Assembly (NCBI GenBank): GCA_964016885.1
Contig: OZ024742.1
Span: 377,394,001 to 377,458,000 of the forward strand
DNA from: Eledone cirrhosa
Lineage: Eukaryota
Direction: 5' to 3'
DNA: 64,000 bases
This document shows positions 54,831 through 64,000 of this stretch, one piece after another. A program made the translations under genes and the position numbers. Numbering within the stretch: the first letter of the stretch is position 1; each line of letters opens with the position of its first letter. The notes under the pieces were generated by a model. The model was given only the letters and a program-made list of their open reading frames with translations, was not told the DNA's origin and searched no databases.

Positions 54831-56029
54831 ACATAACTGTAACTATATATTATATATCAACATAACTGTAACTATATATTATATATCGACATAACTGTAA
54901 CTATATATTATAATATATAAACATAACTGTAACCATATATTATATATCAACATAACTGCAACTATATATTATATATCAACATAGCTGTAACTATATATTA
55001 AATATCAACATAAATGTAACAATATATTATATTCTATATCAACATAACTGTAACTATATATTATATATCAACTTAACTGTAACTATATATTATATATCAA
55101 AATAACTGTAACTATATATTATATTATATATCAACATAACTGTAACTATATATTATATTATATATCAACATAACTGTAACTATATATTATATATCAACAT
55201 AACTGTAACTATATATTATATATCGACATAACTGTAACTATATATTATAATATATAAACATAACTGTAACCATATATTATATATCAACATAACTGTAACT
55301 ATATATTACATATCAATATAGCTGTAACTATATATTATATATCAACTTAACTGTAACTATATATTATATATCAACATAAATGTAACAATATATTATATTC
55401 TATATCAACATAACTGTAACTATATATTATATATCAACTTAACTGTAACTATATATTATATATCAAAATAACTGTAACTATATATTATATTATATATCAA
55501 CATAACTGTAACTATATATTATATTATATATCAACATAACTGTAACTATATATTATATATCAACATAACTGTAACTATATATTATATATCGACATAACTG
55601 TAACTATATATTATAATATATAAACATAACTGTAACCATATATTATATATCAACATAACTGTAACTATATATTACATATCAATATAGCTGTAACTATATA
55701 TTATATATCAACTTAACTGTAACTATATATTATATATCAACATAACTGTAACTATATATTATATTATATATCAACATAACTGTTACTATATATTATATTA
55801 TATATCAACATAACTGTAACTATATATTATATTATATATCAACATAACTGTAACTATATATTATATATCAACATAACTGTACCTATATATTATATATCAA
55901 CATAACTGTAACTATATATTATATTATATATCATCATAACTGTAACTATATATTATATATCAACATAACTGTAACTATATATTATATTATATATCAACAT
56001 AACTGTAACTATATATTATATATCAACAT

Positions 56030-59000
56030 AACTGTAACTATATATTACATATCAATATAGCTGTAACTATATATTATATATCAACTTAACTGTAACTATA
56101 TATTATATATCAACATAACTGTAACTATATATTATATTATATATCAACATAACTGTTACTATATATTATATTATATATCAACATAACTGTAACTATATAT
56201 TATATTATATATCAAAATAACTGTAACTATATATTATATATCAACATAACTGTACCTATATATTATATATCAACATAACTGTAACTATATATTATATTAT
56301 ATATCATCATAACTGTAACTATATATTATATATCAACATAACTGTAACTATATATTATATATCAACATAGATGTAACTATATATTATATATCAACATAAA
56401 TGTAACTATATATTATATATCAACATAACTGTAACTATATATTATATTATATATCAACATAACTGTAACTATATACTATATTATATATCAACATAACTGT
56501 AGATATATATTATATATCAACATAACTGTAACTATATATTATATATCAACATAACTGTAACTATATATTATATATCAACATAACTGTAACCATATATTAT
56601 ATATTAACATAAGTGTAACTATGTATTATATATCAACTTAACAGTAACTATATAATATATATCAACATAACTGCAACTGTATATTATATTATATATCAAC
56701 ATAACTGTAACTATATATTATATATCAACATTATTGTAACTATATATTATATATAAACATAACTGTAACTATATATTATATTATATATCCACATAACTGT
56801 AACTATATATTATATTATATATCAACATAACTGTAACCATATATTATATATCAACATATCTGTAACTATATATTATATATCAACTTAAATGTAATTATAT
56901 ATTATATTATATATCAACTTAATTGTAACTATATATAATATTATATATCAACATAACTATAACTATATATTATATATATATATATCAACATAACTGTAAC
57001 TATATATTATATATGAACATATCTGTAACTATATATTATATTATATATCATCATAACTGTAACTATGTATTACATATTAACATAACTGTAACTATATATT
57101 TTATATCAACATAACTGTAACTATATATTATAATATATCAACATAACTGTAACTATATATTATATATCAACATAACTGTAACTAGATATAATATATCAAC
57201 ATAACTGTAACTATATATTATATTATATATCAACATAACTGTATCTATATATCATATTATATATCAACATAAATGTAAATATATATTATATATCAGCATA
57301 ACTGTAACTATATATCATATATCAACATAACTGTAACTATATATTATATATCAACATAACTGTAACTATATATTATAATATATCAACATAACTGTAACTA
57401 TATATTATATATCAACATAACTGTAACTAGATATAATATATCAACATAACTGTAACTATATATTATATTATATATCAACATAACTGTATCTATATATCAT
57501 ATTATATATCAACATAAATGTAAATATATATTATATATCAACATAACTGTAACTATATATCATATATCAACATAACTGTAACTATATATCATATATCAAC
57601 ATAACTGTAACCATATATTTTATATCAACTTAACTGTAACTATATATTATATATCAACATAACTGTAACTATATATTATATTATATATCAACATAACTGT
57701 AACTATATATTATATATCAACATAACTGTAACTATATATTGTATTATATATCGACATAAATGTAACCATATAATATATATTAACATAACTGTAACTATAT
57801 ATTATATATCAACATAACTGTAACTATATATTATATTATATATCAACATAACTGTAACTAGATAAAATATATCAACATAACTATAACTATATATTATATT
57901 ATATATCAACATAACTGTAACTATATATTATATATCAACATAAGTGTAACTATATATTATATTATATATCAACATAACTGTAACAATATATTATATTATA
58001 TATCAACATAACTGTACCTATATATTATATTATATATCAACATAACTGTAACCATATATTATATATCAACATAATTGTAACTATATATTATATATCAACA
58101 TAACTGTAACTATATATTATATATCAACATAACTGTACCTATATATTATATTATATATCAACATAACTGTAACCATACATTATATATCAACATAACTGTA
58201 ACTATATATTATATTATATATCAACATAACTGTAACTATATATTATATTATATATCAACATAACTGTAACTAAATATTATATATCAAGATAACTGTAACT
58301 ATATATTATATATCAAAATAACTGTAACTATTCATTATATTATATATCAACATAACTGTAACCATATATTTTATATCAACTTAACTGTAACTATATATTA
58401 TATATCAACATAACTGTAACTATATATTATATCATATATCAACATAACTGTAACTATATATTATATATCAACATAACTGTAACTATATATTATATATCAA
58501 CATAACTGTAACTATATATTGTATTATATATCAACATAACTGTAACCATATATTATATATTAACATAACTGTAACTATATATTATATATCAAAATAACTG
58601 TAACTATATATTATATTATATATCATCATAACTGTAACTATATATTATATATCAACATAACTGTAACTATATATTATATTATATATCAACATAACTGTAA
58701 CTATATATTATATATCAACTTAACTGTAACTATATATTACATATCAATATAGCTGTAACTATATATTATATATCAACTTAACTGTAACTATATATTATAT
58801 ATCAACATAACTGTAACTATATATTATATTATATATCAACATAACTGTTACTATATATTATATTATATATCAACATAACTGTAACTATATATTATATTAT
58901 ATATCAACATAACTGTAACTATATACTATATATCAACATAACTGTACCTATATATTATATATCAACATAACTGTAACTATATATTATATTATATATCATC

Positions 59001-60050
59001 ATAACTGTAACTATATATTATATATCATCATAACTGTAACTATATATTATATATCAACATAGCTGTAACTATATATTATATATCAACATAACTGTAACTA
59101 TATATTATATATCAACATAACTGTAACTATATATTATATTATATATCAACATAACTGTAACTATATACTATATTATATATCAACATAACTGTAACTATAT
59201 ATTATATATCAACATAACTGTAACTATATATTATATATCAACATAACTGTAACTATATATTATATATCAACATAACTGTAACCATATATTATATATTAAC
59301 ATAAGTGTAACTATGTATTATATATCAACTTAACAGTAACTATATAATATATATCAACATAACTGCAACTGTATATTATATTATATATCAACATAACTGT
59401 AACTATATATTATATATCAACATTATTGTAACTATATATTATATATAAACATAACTGTAACTATATATTATATTATATATCCACATAACTGTAACTATAT
59501 ATTATATTATATATCAACATAACTGTAACCATATATTATATATCAACATATCTGTAACTATATATTATATATCAACTTAACTGTAATTATATATTATATT
59601 ATATATTAACCTAATTGTAACTATATATAATATTATATATCAACATAACTGTAACTATATATTATATATATATATATCAACATAACTGTAACTATATATT
59701 ATATATGAACATAACTGAAACTATATATTATATTATATATCAACATAACTGTAACTATATGTTATATATTAACATAACTGTAACTATATATTTTATATCA
59801 ACATAACTGTAACTATATATTATATTATATATCAACATAACTGTAACTATATATCATATATCAACATAACTGTAACTAGATATAATATATCAACATAACT
59901 GTAACTATATATTATATTATATATCAACATAACTGTATCTATATATCATATTATATATCAACATAAATGTAAATATATATTATATATCAACATAACCGTA
60001 ACTATATATCATATATCAACATAACTGTAACTATATATTATATATCAACA
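56030..60050. repeat. Duplicated block at 2,692-bp offset
   Basis: CTGCAACTGT 56671/59363; TTATTGT 56731/59423; both followed by a 37-bp TA-expanded monomer. Confidence 0.78.
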
Positions 60051-60079
60051 TAACTGTAACTATATATTGTATATCAACA

Positions 60080-62830
60080 TAAATGTAACCATATATTATA
60101 TATCAACATAATTGTAACTATATATTATATATCAACATAACTGTAACTATATATTATATATCAACATAACTGTACCTATATATTATATTATATATCAACA
60201 TAACTGTAACCATACATTATATATCAACATAACTGTAACTATATATTATATATCAACATAACTGTAACTATATATTATATATTAACATAACTGTAACTAT
60301 ATATTATATTATATATCAACATAACTGTAACTAAATATTATATATCAACATAACTGTAACTATATATTATATATCAACATAGCTGTAACTATATATTATA
60401 TATCAAAATAACTGTAACTATATGTTATATTATATATCAACATAAATGTAACTATATATTATATATCAACTTAACTGTAACTACATATTATATATCAACA
60501 TAACTGTAACTATATATTATATTATATATCAACATAACTGTAACTATATATTATATATCATCATAACTGTAACTATATATTATATATCAACATAGCTGTA
60601 ACAATATATTATATATCAACATAACTGTAACTATATATTATATTGTATATCAACATAACTGTAACTATATATTATATTATATATCAACATAACTGTAACT
60701 ATATATTATATATAAACATAACTGTAACTAGATATAATATATCAACATAACTGTAACTATATATTATATTATATATCAACATAACTGTAACTATATATTA
60801 TATTATATATCAACATAACTGTAACTAAATATTATATATCAACATAACTGTAACTATATATTATATATCAAAATAACTGTAACTATATATTATATTATAT
60901 ATCAACATAACTGTAACCATATATTTTATATCAACTTAACTGTAACTATATATTATATATCAACATAACTGTAACTATATATTATATCATATATCAACAT
61001 AACTGTAACTATATATTATATATCAACATAACTGTAACTATATATTATATATCAACATAACTGTAACTATATATTGTATTATATATCAACATAACTGTAA
61101 CCATATATTATATATTAACATAACTGTAACTATATATTATATATCAAAATAACTGTAACTTTATATTATATTATATATCAACATAACTGTAACTATATAT
61201 TATATTATATATCAACATAACTGTAACTATATATTATATATCAACATAACTGTAACTATATATTATATATCAACATAACTGTAACTATATATTATATATC
61301 AACATAACTGTAACTATATATTATATATCAACATAACTGTAACTATATATTATATTATATATCAACATAACTGTAACTATATATTATATATCAACATAAC
61401 TGTAACTAGATATAATATATCAACATAACTGTAACTATATATTATATTATATATCAACATAACTGTAACTATATATTATATTGTATATCAACATAACTGT
61501 AACTATATATTATATTATATATCAACATAACTGTAACTATATATTATATTATATATCAACATAACAGTACCTATATATTATATTATATATCAACATAACT
61601 GTAACCATATATTATATATCAACATAATTGTAACTATATATTATATATACACATAACTGTAACTATATATTATATATCAACATAACTGTACCTATATATT
61701 ATATTATATATCAACATAACTGTAACCATACATTATATATAAACATAACTGTAGCTATATATTATATATCAACATAACTGTAACTATATATTATATATTA
61801 ACATAACTGTAACTATATATTATATTATATATCAACATAACTGTAACTAAATATTATATATCAACATAACTGTAACTATATATTATATATCAACATAGCT
61901 GTAACTATATATTATATATCAAAATAACTGTAACTATATGTTATATTATATATCAACATAAATGTAACTATATATTTTATATCAACTTAACTGTAACTAC
62001 ATATTATATATCAACATAACTGTACCTATATATTATATTATATATCAACATAACTGTAACTATATATTATATATCATCATAACTGTAACTATATATTATA
62101 TATCAACATAGCTGTAACAATATATTATATATCAACATAACTGTAACTATATATTATATTGTATATCAACATAACTGTAACTATATATTATATTATATAT
62201 CAACATAACTGTAACTATATATTATATATAAACATAACTGTAACTAGATATAATATATCAACATAACTGTAACTATATATTATATTATATATCAACATAA
62301 CTGTAACTATATATTATATTATATATCAACATAACTGTAACTAAATATTATATATCAACATAACTGTAACTATATATTATATATCAAAATAACTGTAACT
62401 ATATATTATATTATATATCAACATAACTGTAACCATATATTTTATATCAACTTAACTGTAACTATATATTATATATCAACATAACTGTAACTATATATTA
62501 TATCATATATCAACATAACTGTAACTATATATTATATATCAACATAACTGTAACTATATATTATATATCAACATAACTGTAACTATATATTGTATTATAT
62601 ATCAACATAACTGTAACCATATATTATATATTAACATAACTGTAACTATATATTATATATCAAAATAACTGTAACTGTATATTATATTATATATTAACAT
62701 AACTGTAACTATATATTATATTATATATCAACATAACTGTAACTATATATTATATATCAACATAACTGTAACTATATATTATATATCAACATAACTGTAA
62801 CTATATATTATATATCAACATAACTGTAAC
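60080..62830. repeat. 1,516-bp offset tandem duplication
   Basis: G markers 60424/61940, 60645/62161 and 61076/62592; AACCATATATTTT 60915/62431. Confidence 0.85.
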
Positions 62831-64000
62831 TATATATTATATTATATATCAACATAACTGTAACTATATATTATATATCAACATAACTGTAACTATATTT
62901 TACATATCAATATAGCTGTAACTATATATTATATATCAACTTAACTGTAACTATATATTATATATCAACATAACGGTAACTATATATTATATTATATATC
63001 AACATAACTGTTACTATATATTATATTATATATCAACATAACTGTAACTATATATTATATTATATATCAACATAACTGTAACTATATATTATATATCAAC
63101 ATAACTGTAACTATGTATTATATATCAACATAACTGTAACTATATATTATATTATATATCATTATAACTGTAACTATATATTATATATCAACATAACTGT
63201 AACTATATATTATATATCAACATAGCTGTAACTATATATTATATATCAACATAACTGTAACTATATATTATATTATATATCAACATAAATTAACTATATA
63301 TTATATATCAACTTAACTGTAACTCTATATTATATATCAACATAACTGTAACTATATATTATATTATATATCAACATAACTGTAACTATATACTATATTA
63401 TATATCAACATAACTGTAACTATATATTATATATCAACATAACTGTACCTATATATTATATATCAACATAACTGTAACTAGATATAATATATCAACATAA
63501 CTGTAACTATATATTATATTATATATCAACATAACTGTAACTATATATTATATTGTATATCAACATAACTGTAACTATATATTATATTGTATATCAACAT
63601 AACTGTAACTATATATTATATATCAACATAAGTGTAACTATATATTATATTATATATCAACATAACTGTAACTATATATTATATTATATATCAACATAAC
63701 AGTACCTATATATTATATTATATATCAACATAACTGTAACCATATATTATATATCAACATAATTGTAACTATATATTATATATACACATAACTGTAACTA
63801 TATATTATATATCAACATAACTGTACCTATATATTATATTATATATCAACATAACTGTAACCATACATTATATATCAACATAACTGTAACTATATATTAT
63901 ATATCAACATAACTGTAACTATATATTATATATTAACATAACTGTAACTATATATTATATTATATATCTACATAACTGTAACTAAATATTATATATCAAC

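Larger units (their letters stand above)
1..64000. repeat. AT-rich tandem satellite array of mixed 29-bp (CAACATAACTGTAACTATATATTATATAT) and 34-bp (CAACATAACTGTAACTATATATTATATTATATAT) monomers; runs off both window ends
   Basis: The core CAACATAACTGTAAC recurs every 29 or 34 bp throughout (e.g. CAAC at 674 and 703). All copies are head-to-tail in one orientation and no unique sequence was seen. Confidence 0.99.

Noticed and set aside
1-64000. CRISPR array (repeat-sized units with variable spacing)
   Set aside because: The intervening sequence is a near-invariant 14/19-bp AT tract rather than unique spacers, and there is no leader or cas gene.
1-64000. Protein-coding repeat ORF on either strand
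   Set aside because: The + strand has two TAA per monomer and the - strand has TAA, TAG and TGA. Since 29 and 34 are not multiples of 3, every frame is stopped within a few monomers.
1-64000. Telomerase-made telomeric repeat
   Set aside because: There are no G-runs, and variants are inherited in multi-kb duplicated blocks, which indicates recombination rather than templated addition.
1-64000. TATA boxes or bacterial -10 promoter elements
   Set aside because: TATA-like words follow trivially from the AT spacer and there is no downstream gene.
1-64000. Assignment to a known satellite such as Drosophila Prodsat (AATAACATAG)n
   Set aside because: Only short words (AACATA, AACATAG) are shared; period and consensus differ. 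No family or species call is supportable without a search.
1-64000. Plasmid iterons or mitochondrial control-region repeats
   Set aside because: At least 64 kb and about 2,000 copies with no rep, tRNA or other unique sequence is far beyond what those elements normally show.
1-64000. Pure sequencing artefact or synthetic low-complexity sequence
   Set aside because: Variants recur in consistent nested haplotypes at fixed offsets, as expected of a real evolving array, although individual duplications could still be misassembled.

Overview
The whole 64 kb window is one uninterrupted, single-orientation, very AT-rich (about 83-85% A+T) tandem satellite array, most likely eukaryotic heterochromatin. 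I found no genes, RNA genes, transposons or CRISPR spacers. The monomer is a 15-bp core CAACATAACTGTAAC plus an AT spacer TATATAT-(TATAT)n-TATATAT. This gives interspersed 29-bp (n=0) and 34-bp (n=1) units, rare 39-bp (n=2) units and rare (TA)-slippage units of 31/35/37 bp, roughly 2,000 monomers in total (64,000 / about 31). Point variants used as markers show layered higher-order structure: an old 92/184-bp sub-period, a 281-bp nine-monomer unit, and recent duplications of about 1.5-6.3 kb whose offsets change in steps of whole monomers. The variant repertoire shifts near 39.4 kb. I cannot identify the organism or satellite family. Offsets were counted by hand from marker positions and block boundaries are approximate. 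All functional ideas (centromere, nucleosome phasing, protein binding, cruciforms) are hypotheses.
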